Source: a virus
DNA length: 10,907 nt
Direction: 5' to 3' (one strand)
Virus record (IMG/VR): IMGVR_UViG_3300024353_000077
Part shown: piece by piece, positions 1-6,749 of the stretch
Numbering within the stretch: position 1 is the first letter of the stretch
How the letters are laid out: each line of letters begins with the position of its first letter
Made by a program: the position numbers and the translations under genes
Notes under the pieces: generated by a model
Told to the model about the DNA's origin: nothing
Database searches by the model: none
What the model saw: only the letters and a program-made list of their open reading frames with translations

Positions 1-948
1 GGCGTGGGCGTCTCAATCTGTGATGATATGGGTAGCTGGGGTCCATGCTACTTTTTGACGACTGAACCAGAAAAATGCGATAGTGTAGATAACGACTGTG
101 ACGGTCTCATTGACGGTTATGCTGAGCAGTGTGGTGATGCATCGACGGCTGGTGTCGGTGAGTGTCGCATGGGTTCAAAGATGTGTGACTTTGGCACATG
201 GACGCAGTGTGCGGGCTCTGTTGTTCCGATTGCTGAGGTGTGCAACCACAGGGATGATGATTGTGATGGTCTAATCGATGAAGAGCTCAATCCACATGAG
301 CGCGTCGATATATGTTTCTTCATCGACGGCTCAGGGTCGATGTGCTCCACGATGGCAGCATTGAGGGCAGGCATCTCTGCATACGCCACAGACTTCATCG
401 GCTCTGAGCATCGCTTTTGTTTGGGCGTCTTTCCTGGTGTTGAACCATCAGGCTCTGCATCAGGCATACCCGTTCTAATGCTCACTGGCTCACAGACAAG
501 CGCTCTCGTCGATATCACTGAATTCCAACGAGCATTAGCATCGCTTGATTGTAGCTACGGTGGTCTTGAGCCGAGCTATGATGTTGGGTGGTTGGCAGCG
601 AATCCAGCAGACCCGCTCCACATAGGTTGGCGTTCACCCATGGGTAGCAACACGGGTGCGTACCCATACATCATAATCATCACTGATGAGCCTGCGCAGA
701 CATGGGAGCAGACGACGATGCAATCACGTGAGACAATCGTCGCCCAAGAGATGGGTGATTGTCGTGTCGGTTCATGCGCTCAGGGTGATGAGTATGAGAC
801 GTATGTCATCACACCAAGCTCATTTTGGATGATGTGGAATGACATCACGTTCAACGAACAGTCGCGGCTAATCGACCTCTACCCAGCAGACCCAGTCAGG
901 TATGTCGATGTCCTTCGAAGCGTGTTTTCAAACGTTTGTATCCAATGA
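1..948 (+). CDS. C-terminal part of a Cys-rich-repeat / von Willebrand factor A (vWA) domain protein; the 5' end is outside the window
   Basis: The frame is open from the window edge to TGA at 946-948. There are two Cys/Asp repeats, EKCDSVDNDCDGLIDG and EVCNHRDDDCDGLIDEE, of the Asp/Cys-rich putative Ca/metal-binding repeat type. They are followed by a vWA metal-ion-dependent adhesion site (MIDAS): DxSxS in DICFFIDGSGSM, then LTGSQT and IIIITDE. The ORF track lists it as 4..948 with a GTG, but the frame continues to base 1. Confidence 0.75.
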   Translation, partial: GVGVSICDDMGSWGPCYFLTTEPEKCDSVDNDCDGLIDGYAEQCGDASTAGVGECRMGSKMCDFGTWTQCAGSVVPIAEVCNHRDDDCDGLIDEELNPHERVDICFFIDGSGSMCSTMAALRAGISAYATDFIGSEHRFCLGVFPGVEPSGSASGIPVLMLTGSQTSALVDITEFQRALASLDCSYGGLEPSYDVGWLAANPADPLHIGWRSPMGSNTGAYPYIIIITDEPAQTWEQTTMQSRETIVAQEMGDCRVGSCAQGDEYETYVITPSSFWMMWNDITFNEQSRLIDLYPADPVRYVDVLRSVFSNVCIQ

Positions 949-1060
949 TTGAGTCTGTCGATGCTTAAACGTTATTTCGTTGTGTAAACGCTTGTTAACG
1001 TTGTTTAGTATCAATGAATAAACCCAATGCAGGGTTTTAAAGAAAGCTTAGAGGTGTCCA

Positions 1061-2227
1061 GTGTCTGAAGCAACCAGTACGTTCACGATGCGTGGCCTTG
1101 TGGAGGCCCTCCGCTACATCGACCCAAAACAGACCGCGCTCATCCGGGGTCGCCACGGTATCGGAAAGTCCGCCATCGCCTACCAGATGGCAAAAGAATG
1201 GGGTCTTGACCGTGTCATCGAACGTCGCATCTCACAGTTGAGCGAGGGAGACATGATTGGTCTTCCTGACCGTGATGCCATGAAGTCGTATGATGGTGGA
1301 GACCTCCAGAAGGTCACGAAGTTCCTACCCACCGATTGGTTCCTTGAGGCTGAGTTTAGGCCATGTCTCGTGTTCCTCGATGAAATCAACCGCGGTACTC
1401 CAGAGACGATGCAAGCATGTTTCCAGTTCATTGAGAAGGGTGAACTCAATGGTCGAAAGATTCATCCTGAGAGTCGAATCATCGCCGCCGTCAACTTCTC
1501 TAAGGAATACCAGGTCACTCCAATGGACCCTGCATTCCTTGATAGATTTTGGGTCGCAGACCTCGACCCAGACAAGACCGATTGGGTGACCTGGGCGCGT
1601 AAGTCGAAGACCGATGGTGGTGGTGGCATCTCTGATGCGACCATCGATTTCATCCAGCAATGCAACGAGGACCACTTTGAGATTCGACCCGATAAGCTCG
1701 CTAACATGGGGCCATGTGAAATCACCCCATCGCGCCGATCGTGGGAGCGTCTTGACCGGCATTTCAATAGGACCGTCAATGGTGCTACGCTTCTCGAAAA
1801 GATTGGTGATGGTGTCGCTTACGACGTTGCTCGTGGGTTCGTCGGCCCTGATGCTGCCAGAGCCTACGTGAGGTTCCAGGTCGACCACGACCAGAATGTC
1901 TCTCCTGAGGATGTGTTGAATAACATCTCCAAGGTGCAGAGCAAGGTTAAGAGGCTCAAGCCTGATGCAGCCATCGCGCTCGTTGATAAGCTTGGACACC
2001 ATCTCGTGTCTAAGAACATCATTCTCACTGAACCCCAGGCGAAGAACATCGGAACGTTCATTCGCTTGATTCCGTCTGAGCTTGTTGTCGTGCTTTGGAG
2101 CAAGATTGCTCATACTGCTGTCGAGAATGTGAAGGTCGTGCATAAGCATGTTGGTAGCTACATAATCGAGGTCTTGAGCAATGGAAAGGCCCAACCCTCG
2201 GTGCCTGACACCAAGAAAAAGAAGTGA
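1061..2227 (+). CDS. MoxR-class AAA+ ATPase (AAA_5/AAA_3-like) with a C-terminal extension of about 200 aa of unknown function
   Basis: Walker A is GRHGIGKS. Walker B and the MoxR signature are VFLDEINRGTPETMQACFQFIE, and sensor-1 is IIAAVNFS. The AFLDRF motif matches MoxR ALLDRF. The start is GTG, preceded by AGAGGTG as an SD-like motif 4 nt upstream. The protein ends in a KKKK tail. Confidence 0.85.
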   Translation: MSEATSTFTMRGLVEALRYIDPKQTALIRGRHGIGKSAIAYQMAKEWGLDRVIERRISQLSEGDMIGLPDRDAMKSYDGGDLQKVTKFLPTDWFLEAEFRPCLVFLDEINRGTPETMQACFQFIEKGELNGRKIHPESRIIAAVNFSKEYQVTPMDPAFLDRFWVADLDPDKTDWVTWARKSKTDGGGGISDATIDFIQQCNEDHFEIRPDKLANMGPCEITPSRRSWERLDRHFNRTVNGATLLEKIGDGVAYDVARGFVGPDAARAYVRFQVDHDQNVSPEDVLNNISKVQSKVKRLKPDAAIALVDKLGHHLVSKNIILTEPQAKNIGTFIRLIPSELVVVLWSKIAHTAVENVKVVHKHVGSYIIEVLSNGKAQPSVPDTKKKK

Positions 2228-2230
2228 TGT

Positions 2231-2545
2231 ATGCTTGACGAGGGTTTGATTCAACATCTGTTTGACACTAGCATCTCTGATGAGTTGTATGTAACCGGGC
2301 TTAGGCCCATGATAGATGTTCTTCGTACACAAGAGCTATCAGATGATGATGTCATCTGCATCAGAGATGCCATGAATGTTCAGACTGCACAGCGTGTATG
2401 GAACATATACAGTGTAGTTTTGAGTGCCCATGATGATGGGCGTGAAGAAAGCATCGCACTAGAAAATCTGAAAAGGGTTCATAGGTGTTGTGGAGCGATA
2501 GTCTTGCGTGCGCTTCAAGGGTTTGAAGCCCCTAAAAAGGCATGA
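2231..2545 (+). CDS. hypothetical protein (104 aa)
   Basis: The ATG lies 3 nt after the MoxR stop, which suggests translational coupling. The protein is of normal complexity and I recognise no motifs. It sits between the ATPase and the vWA genes. Confidence 0.4.
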   Translation: MLDEGLIQHLFDTSISDELYVTGLRPMIDVLRTQELSDDDVICIRDAMNVQTAQRVWNIYSVVLSAHDDGREESIALENLKRVHRCCGAIVLRALQGFEAPKKA

Positions 2546-2550
2546 AAGCA

Positions 2551-2593
2551 TGCTGCATTGTCATATGGCATTCTGTCGTATGACAATGCAGTA
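2551..2593. repeat. Perfect 13-bp inverted repeat (hairpin) immediately downstream of the 2231-2545 ORF and upstream of the vWA/metallopeptidase gene start
   Basis: CTGCATTGTCATA at 2553-2565 is the reverse complement of TATGACAATGCAG at 2579-2591. The loop is 13 nt, and outward pairs extend to about 2550/2594. No T-tract follows. Confidence 0.5.
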
Positions 2594-2618
2594 TCCACGA
2601 CAAAAGGATGTGAATGAT

Positions 2619-4259
2619 ATGTCGAAAGATGATGAGAAGAAGCTTGAGGTTGAAGAGGCAGAGAAGACGTGGGAGCAGCTCGTCGAAGAGCAGAAGAACG
2701 TCATGGAGAAGCCTGACGTTCTTCCAAATGAGAAGGCATACAACACAAGCCAGCTTCCACCTGAGCTCATCAAGGATTGGTGTCTTGATATTGAGAAGTT
2801 CAAGGAACTGTGGGCAAGCTCACAGGACTTTGATTTGCAACGTGCATGTATCATTCCGATGTCGTTTGATGAGCCATTTCTCGGTTCTCTTTCGAGACGC
2901 ATCCTGAAGATTAAGACGGCGGCTATTCCAACCGTCGGCGTACGCATCAATGGTATGGGCCTTGAGATGCTCTGGAATCCAATCTTCTTCAAGCACAAGT
3001 TGCATGCCATCTCACCGAAGCACTGCTACGGCGTGTATAAGCATGAGCTATACCACATCGTCTGTGAGCACATCACCAACAGGCGTCAGACGCCACACAT
3101 CCTGTGGAACGTTGCCACAGACTGTGCAATCAACTCTCTGATTCCTCGTGATGAGCTCCCGGCGTTCGGTTGTCATCCGGGAGAGCTGTATGTTCCTCCG
3201 AATGCTCCTCCTGAATGGAAGCCGGGTGTGCTGTCGTTGTTGATTAAGTCGTTGCCGAAGGGTAAGTCGTCTGAGTGGTACATGAACACGTTCCTCGATG
3301 ATAAGGGCGTGCAGGAAGCGATGCAACGTGCCGCTGAGAAGGCTGAAAAGAGAAAGCAAAAGAGGCAGCAGGGAGGACAAAAGGGCAAGGGTATGTCTGA
3401 CCCGAATAGCGACCCAAGCGAAGGCCAACCGGGCTCTGGTGAGGGAGGTGACCCTGACCAGAACGCACAGGACCCGGGCGAGCCCAATGGAATCGATCGC
3501 GACCTCGAGAATGCGCTAAATGAAGAGCTGTTCGGCGAGGGTTCAGGAGCATCCTTCGACGACCACGATGCGTGGGACCAGATGTCGGATTCACAGCGTG
3601 ATATGATGAGAGACGCAATCAGGGACGTCTTCAGGGACTGTGTCAAGGAGACTGAGAGCAAATCGAAGGGATGGGGCTCTGTGCCCTCATCGATGGTGGC
3701 GGCAATCAAGAAGCTAATCTCCAAGGAGGTCGATTGGAGAGCGTTGCTGAACCAGTTCATCGGTCGCACGAGGACATCGCAGACGACGTCGAGCATCAAG
3801 CGTGTCAATCGTCGTGTGCCGTGGGATTTTCCGGGCCGTAAGAGGGCGTATAGCGCAAGACCGGGCATCCTGTTCGACCAGTCTGGGTCGATGGATGATG
3901 AATGGGTATCTCTGTTCTTTGCAGAGCTCGATGCGCTCGGAAATCTCTCTGAGTATGAGATAATCCCGTTCGACTACGATGTTGATGAGAAGAACATCCA
4001 GAACATCAAGCGAGGTCAGAAACCGAACACAATCAGGACGAAGTGCGGAGGAACGAACTTCGAGGCAGCCGTGCAGTACGGCAATAAGCATGCCGATAGG
4101 CTTGACGCACTAATTATGCTAACGGATGGAGGGTGCTCTGCACCGAGCAAGAGTGCACTTCCACTTGCATACGTTCTTGCACCTGGGTGTGAACTCATGT
4201 TTGACCCGGGCCCGAACACGACGGTAATCAAGATGACCGACACGAGGAAGCGTCGCTGA
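2619..4259 (+). CDS. DUF2201-like protein: N-terminal putative HExxH metallopeptidase domain plus C-terminal vWA domain (the MoxR partner protein)
   Basis: The HExxH motif is in YKHELYHIVCEHI. A Gly/Asp/Pro/Gln-rich acidic low-complexity linker follows (QKGKGMSDPNSDPSEGQPGSGEGGDPDQNAQDPGEPNG). The vWA MIDAS is ILFDQSGSMDDEW, then GGTNF and MLTDGG. The start is uncertain: the maximal ORF begins at GTG 2508, and in-frame ATGs occur at 2550, 2586 and 2619. I chose 2619 because it lies downstream of the hairpin and has AAGGA 10 nt upstream. Confidence 0.8.
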   Translation: MSKDDEKKLEVEEAEKTWEQLVEEQKNVMEKPDVLPNEKAYNTSQLPPELIKDWCLDIEKFKELWASSQDFDLQRACIIPMSFDEPFLGSLSRRILKIKTAAIPTVGVRINGMGLEMLWNPIFFKHKLHAISPKHCYGVYKHELYHIVCEHITNRRQTPHILWNVATDCAINSLIPRDELPAFGCHPGELYVPPNAPPEWKPGVLSLLIKSLPKGKSSEWYMNTFLDDKGVQEAMQRAAEKAEKRKQKRQQGGQKGKGMSDPNSDPSEGQPGSGEGGDPDQNAQDPGEPNGIDRDLENALNEELFGEGSGASFDDHDAWDQMSDSQRDMMRDAIRDVFRDCVKETESKSKGWGSVPSSMVAAIKKLISKEVDWRALLNQFIGRTRTSQTTSSIKRVNRRVPWDFPGRKRAYSARPGILFDQSGSMDDEWVSLFFAELDALGNLSEYEIIPFDYDVDEKNIQNIKRGQKPNTIRTKCGGTNFEAAVQYGNKHADRLDALIMLTDGGCSAPSKSALPLAYVLAPGCELMFDPGPNTTVIKMTDTRKRR

Positions 4260-4296
4260 CTTTTACGACTGCAACGTCTTGCTTATAGAATTGAGC

Positions 4297-4476
4297 ATGT
4301 ATGTAAAGAAGCAGAGAACATCACAGTGCGCTAGATGTGGCATCATCTTTCAAAGGAGGATTAAGCCACGTGCGCACTGTGATGCGTGCAGTCCAGTGGT
4401 TCGTAAAGAGAAGGCCCTAGCAAGGCGTCTTGCAAAGGGTACAAACGTTGTGATTGGAAGGGCTGTGATAGCATGA
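4297..4476 (+). CDS. small CxxC zinc-ribbon protein; possibly the frameshifted N-terminal part of the following HNH endonuclease
   Basis: The motifs QCARCG and HCDACS lie 14 aa apart. The stop overlaps the next start as ATGA at 4473-4476. The same CxxC spacing continues in the N-terminus of the next ORF. The maximal ORF starts at TTG 4279, and the first ATG is at 4297. Confidence 0.3.
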   Translation: MYVKKQRTSQCARCGIIFQRRIKPRAHCDACSPVVRKEKALARRLAKGTNVVIGRAVIA

Positions 4477-5069
4477 AACTGCTTCCAATCGACCAGAAGT
4501 TCTGCTCAAAGCGTTGTGTAAATTACGCTGTCATATGGAAGACGCAGCCGACAAAGAGCGTCGTGTGCAATGCATGTGGAACGACATACACGCACATGAA
4601 ACCCATCAGCCACACGAAAAAGGCATGCTCAAGGCAGTGTGCGAATGAGCTCAAGCGTCGGGGTCGCCTGGGAAAAAGCTCATCAGATGAGACACGTGCG
4701 AAGCTTCGTGAGTTAAGACTTGGCACCAAGCTATCATATGAGCATCGAAGAGCAATCGGTGATGGTTGTTCAAGAGAAAAGAACGGAAGGTGGATTGACG
4801 GGCGCTCTTTAATCCCTGATGAGGTTGCATACTTCAATTTTTCGAGGGCACGTAAACGTGATGTCAGGATTCGAGACGGCGGTTGCTGTCGCGTTTGCTC
4901 AGATAAGAAGCAGCTAGCGATACATCACATCGACGGTGATAAAAAGAATGATTCAGACGAAAATTTCATCACTCTCTGTTTTAGCTGTCATTCACGTGTG
5001 CATGGAACCAACCCTCCCATAAAAGGAGACATTGGACTGTTTTACGAATTAAAGGAGAAGCTCAAATGA
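4473..5069 (+). CDS. HNH (His-Me finger) endonuclease with N-terminal CxxC zinc ribbons and a NUMOD3-like DNA-binding motif; homing-endonuclease-like
   Basis: The HNH core is CCRVCSDKKQLAIHHIDGDKKNDSDENFITLCFSCHSRVH. The NUMOD3-like stretch is SSDETRAKLRELRLGTKLSYEHRRAIGDG. The N-terminal motifs are FCSKRC, VCNACG and ACSRQC. GGAAGGG lies upstream of the ATG. Confidence 0.8.
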   Translation: MKLLPIDQKFCSKRCVNYAVIWKTQPTKSVVCNACGTTYTHMKPISHTKKACSRQCANELKRRGRLGKSSSDETRAKLRELRLGTKLSYEHRRAIGDGCSREKNGRWIDGRSLIPDEVAYFNFSRARKRDVRIRDGGCCRVCSDKKQLAIHHIDGDKKNDSDENFITLCFSCHSRVHGTNPPIKGDIGLFYELKEKLK

Positions 5070-5269
5070 GAAAACCCAAACGTTGGGAACTTACACGTGG
5101 CATCGGCCCATTTAAGCAGTTTTATACAAGCGTGTGCTCTGCTCATCGTCATCATGATGATGCATGTGAGCTATGCAATATCGGTTCGTGGTCGAACCTA
5201 TGGTCATGGACCATCTCATGGTATCTATCAGAGTTGCGTTCATCATGTAAGAGATTCATGCGTCAATGA
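5066..5269 (+). CDS. hypothetical small Cys/His-containing protein (67 aa)
   Basis: The start overlaps the HNH stop as ATGA. A strong SD (AAAGGAGAAG) lies 8 nt upstream of the ATG. It is preferred over the overlapping alternative-frame ORF 5097..5282. Confidence 0.4.
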   Translation: MRKPKRWELTRGIGPFKQFYTSVCSAHRHHDDACELCNIGSWSNLWSWTISWYLSELRSSCKRFMRQ

Positions 5270-5306
5270 TGACGTGGCATAATCATCCTGTATGATGCCA
5301 TCATCA
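5267..5306. repeat. imperfect hairpin at the 3' end of the 5066-5269 ORF
   Basis: TGATGA(CG)TGGCAT at 5267-5280 pairs with ATGCCATCATCA at 5295-5306, giving about 12 bp with a 2-nt bulge. The loop is 14 nt. There is no downstream T-run. Confidence 0.3.
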
Positions 5307-5346
5307 CGAGGTTCATCCATGTTTAAACGATACATCGTCGATTGGT

Positions 5347-5679
5347 ATGCCAATGTTAAATGATAACGATGACACGTCGAATGACCTCGAGCTAGATGTT
5401 TCGTTGCTAGCGCCAGAGATAGGCGATGCTGTAGAAATCATGAACATCAACGCGGCGCCACGTCTCTGTGATGTCGTCGCACGAGGCGATATCCTCGGTA
5501 CGTACAGCGTTTCAATACGTACCAAGCATGTTCAAATCCGCGATGATTATGAACAATGCATCGGGCTCATAATTGATGAACTTCCAAGCGCGACATCGAT
5601 GCAGTTGTTCGTTGTGATGATAGGTGATGAGCGCTACGTCATATCATCGTGCTGGCTAGAGGTCATTTCGAGGTCATGA
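5347..5679 (+). CDS. hypothetical protein with an acidic N-terminus (110 aa)
   Basis: It is an ORF with an ATG start. Its stop lies 3 nt before the next start. It has no recognisable SD and no motif I recognise. Confidence 0.35.
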   Translation: MPMLNDNDDTSNDLELDVSLLAPEIGDAVEIMNINAAPRLCDVVARGDILGTYSVSIRTKHVQIRDDYEQCIGLIIDELPSATSMQLFVVMIGDERYVISSCWLEVISRS

Positions 5680-5682
5680 GAC

Positions 5683-5907
5683 ATGGTTAAACCAATCGAT
5701 AGCGGCACACTCGCTCTCATCAAAAATGGGTACAGGATGTGGCAGTTGGATGCAGACATGCACATCATCGCAACCGTCATGCGGTTTTCATACGATGAAC
5801 CACTGTGCATCGTTATCACTTACTACCCATACAACAACAATTTCTATCGTGTGCTGTGTGGAGATACGTTTTACATCATCGAGAATGTTGCTTTATTGCC
5901 CCAGTGA
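5683..5907 (+). CDS. hypothetical small protein (74 aa)
   Basis: The ATG lies 3 nt after the upstream stop, and GAGG sits 9 nt upstream. I recognise no motif. Confidence 0.35.
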   Translation: MVKPIDSGTLALIKNGYRMWQLDADMHIIATVMRFSYDEPLCIVITYYPYNNNFYRVLCGDTFYIIENVALLPQ

Positions 5908-5938
5908 TTGTATCCAATGCACAATTGCCGTGTAGAAT
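5908..5938 (+). promoter_or_regulatory. candidate sigma70-like promoter upstream of the 6027 gene
   Basis: TTGTAT at 5908-5913 would be the -35 box, followed by a 19-nt spacer and TG-preceded TAGAAT at 5933-5938. The spacer is longer than optimal, so this call is weak. Confidence 0.2.
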
Positions 5939-6026
5939 GATTGGGAAGGCTGTGGTGATGTGGTTCTAATTGTTTGGACCACGCTTTTCTAGCCTTTACC
6001 ACCGTTTGGGTGGAAGGAAAGAAGAT

Positions 6027-6278
6027 ATGAGTGACCAGAATAGGAATGCTAGGATTCGTGAGTCGATGACGTCGGGCTCAACCCTTGAGGTTGAGACAGC
6101 GTTTCGTGACGTTGGAACGCTTGTTGCGTCAGCTGATGTCCGTGAGAGGTCAGATGTCGGAACGGGCCGTTCATTGACTGGGCTGTCTGTGAAGACGTCG
6201 GGCGGGCGGAACATCCGCTTCTCTGGCTCAGAGGCTCGCACGCTGTTGCGTGTGCTGCAGCAGGCTGCTTACGGCTGA
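6027..6278 (+). CDS. hypothetical protein (83 aa from ATG 6027; the maximal ORF runs from 5970)
   Basis: A good SD (GGAAGGAAAG) lies 8 nt upstream of ATG 6027. The product is not recognisable. Confidence 0.45.
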   Translation: MSDQNRNARIRESMTSGSTLEVETAFRDVGTLVASADVRERSDVGTGRSLTGLSVKTSGGRNIRFSGSEARTLLRVLQQAAYG

Positions 6279-6288
6279 GTCGTTGTGA

Positions 6289-6330
6289 TTGTTGGTTGGA
6301 TGGTGTGATATGATGCCATCCAACCAACAT
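6289..6330. repeat. Perfect 13-14 bp inverted repeat (hairpin) that encloses the candidate start codons of the glycosylase gene
   Basis: GTTGGTTGGATGG at 6291-6303 is the reverse complement of CCATCCAACCAAC at 6316-6328. The 12-nt loop TGTGATATGATG contains two in-frame ATGs. Confidence 0.5.
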
Positions 6331-6723
6331 ATGCAAACATTTCTTCCATTACCATCGTTCACAGCATCAGCACAGGCTCTTGATTACAGAAGACTTGGCA
6401 AGCAGAGGGTTGAGGCGATGCAAATACTCAACACACTGACGGGAAAGAGCACGGGATGGAAAACGCATCCTGCTGTTAAGATGTGGGTCGGACATGAGAA
6501 TGCATTGGCTGCTTACATGGATGCATGCATCGATGAGTGGGTCTCTAGGGGATATCGAAACACGATGCGTGTCGTTCGACCGACTGGCATCATCATGCCA
6601 CCGTGGTTCGGTGACGATGCATTTCACGCATCACATCGCTCAAACCTACTCAGAAAGTCTCCTGACTTTTACTCTAGGTTCGGATGGATTGAGGGACCCG
6701 ATCTGCCGTATGTGTGGCCTTGA
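6310..6723 (+). CDS. pyrimidine-dimer DNA glycosylase, T4 endonuclease V / bacterial Pdg family
   Basis: RRLGKQRVEAMQIL, GWKTHPAVKMW and LAAYMDACIDEWVSRGYRNT resemble the LLGQHRECCAL, GWGKKHATV and YHKLVMDEMTRRGY blocks of bacterial/phage Pdg, recalled from memory. The start is uncertain among TTG 6289, ATG 6310 and ATG 6331. Confidence 0.55.
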   Translation: MMPSNQHMQTFLPLPSFTASAQALDYRRLGKQRVEAMQILNTLTGKSTGWKTHPAVKMWVGHENALAAYMDACIDEWVSRGYRNTMRVVRPTGIIMPPWFGDDAFHASHRSNLLRKSPDFYSRFGWIEGPDLPYVWP

Positions 6724-6749
6724 AATCAACGATGCAACCGTGAGATAAT
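6720..6749 (+). promoter_or_regulatory. candidate sigma70-like promoter for the MVP-homolog gene
   Basis: TTGAAA at 6720-6725 would be the -35 box and overlaps the upstream stop. An 18-nt spacer is followed by an extended -10, TGaGATAAT at 6741-6749. The leader to ATG 6817 would be about 60 nt, with SD AAGGAAG at 6803-6809. Confidence 0.35.

Noticed and set aside
936-947. Exact 12-mer TTGTATCCAATG at 936-947 and 5908-5919, each overlapping an upstream stop codon
   Set aside because: About 3-4 exact 12-mer repeats are expected by chance in a 10.9-kb window. Only the second copy is followed by a -10-like hexamer at a plausible distance. There is not enough support to call a shared regulatory element.
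1325-2332. Long minus-strand ORFs: 1325..2332 (335 aa), 7474..8217 (247 aa), 3173..3868 (231 aa), 8299..8832 and 7926..8441
   Set aside because: They lie entirely antisense within the confidently assigned MoxR, DUF2201 and MVP genes. Their translations are low-complexity, rich in Arg, Ser and Leu, with no motifs. They are shadow ORFs, which are common in sequence of this GC content.
2508-2618. GTG 2508 as the start of the vWA/metallopeptidase gene (the maximal ORF)
   Set aside because: It would overlap the upstream ORF by 38 nt. Its only SD-like GGAG is 13 nt away. The 13-bp hairpin at 2553-2591 would lie inside the coding N-terminus. A downstream ATG (2619, or 2550 or 2586) is more plausible, but the 5' end remains uncertain.
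1061-4259. Interpretation of the ATPase/vWA pair as aerobic cobaltochelatase CobS/CobT, as in cyanophages
   Set aside because: The vWA protein carries an HExxH motif and a DUF2201-like layout rather than the CobT architecture. I cannot exclude the CobS/CobT assignment without profile searches, so the generic MoxR/vWA call is kept.
4454-4487. A 7-bp inverted repeat, TTGGAAG/CTTCCAA, flanking the HNH start codon
   Set aside because: The stem is short with a 20-nt loop. It is likely too weak to be significant and is plausibly chance.
5097-5282. Alternative-frame ORF 5097..5282 (61 aa)
   Set aside because: It overlaps ORF 5066..5269, which has a strong SD and the ATGA coupling to the HNH gene. 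The two cannot both be coding, and 5097 has no RBS.
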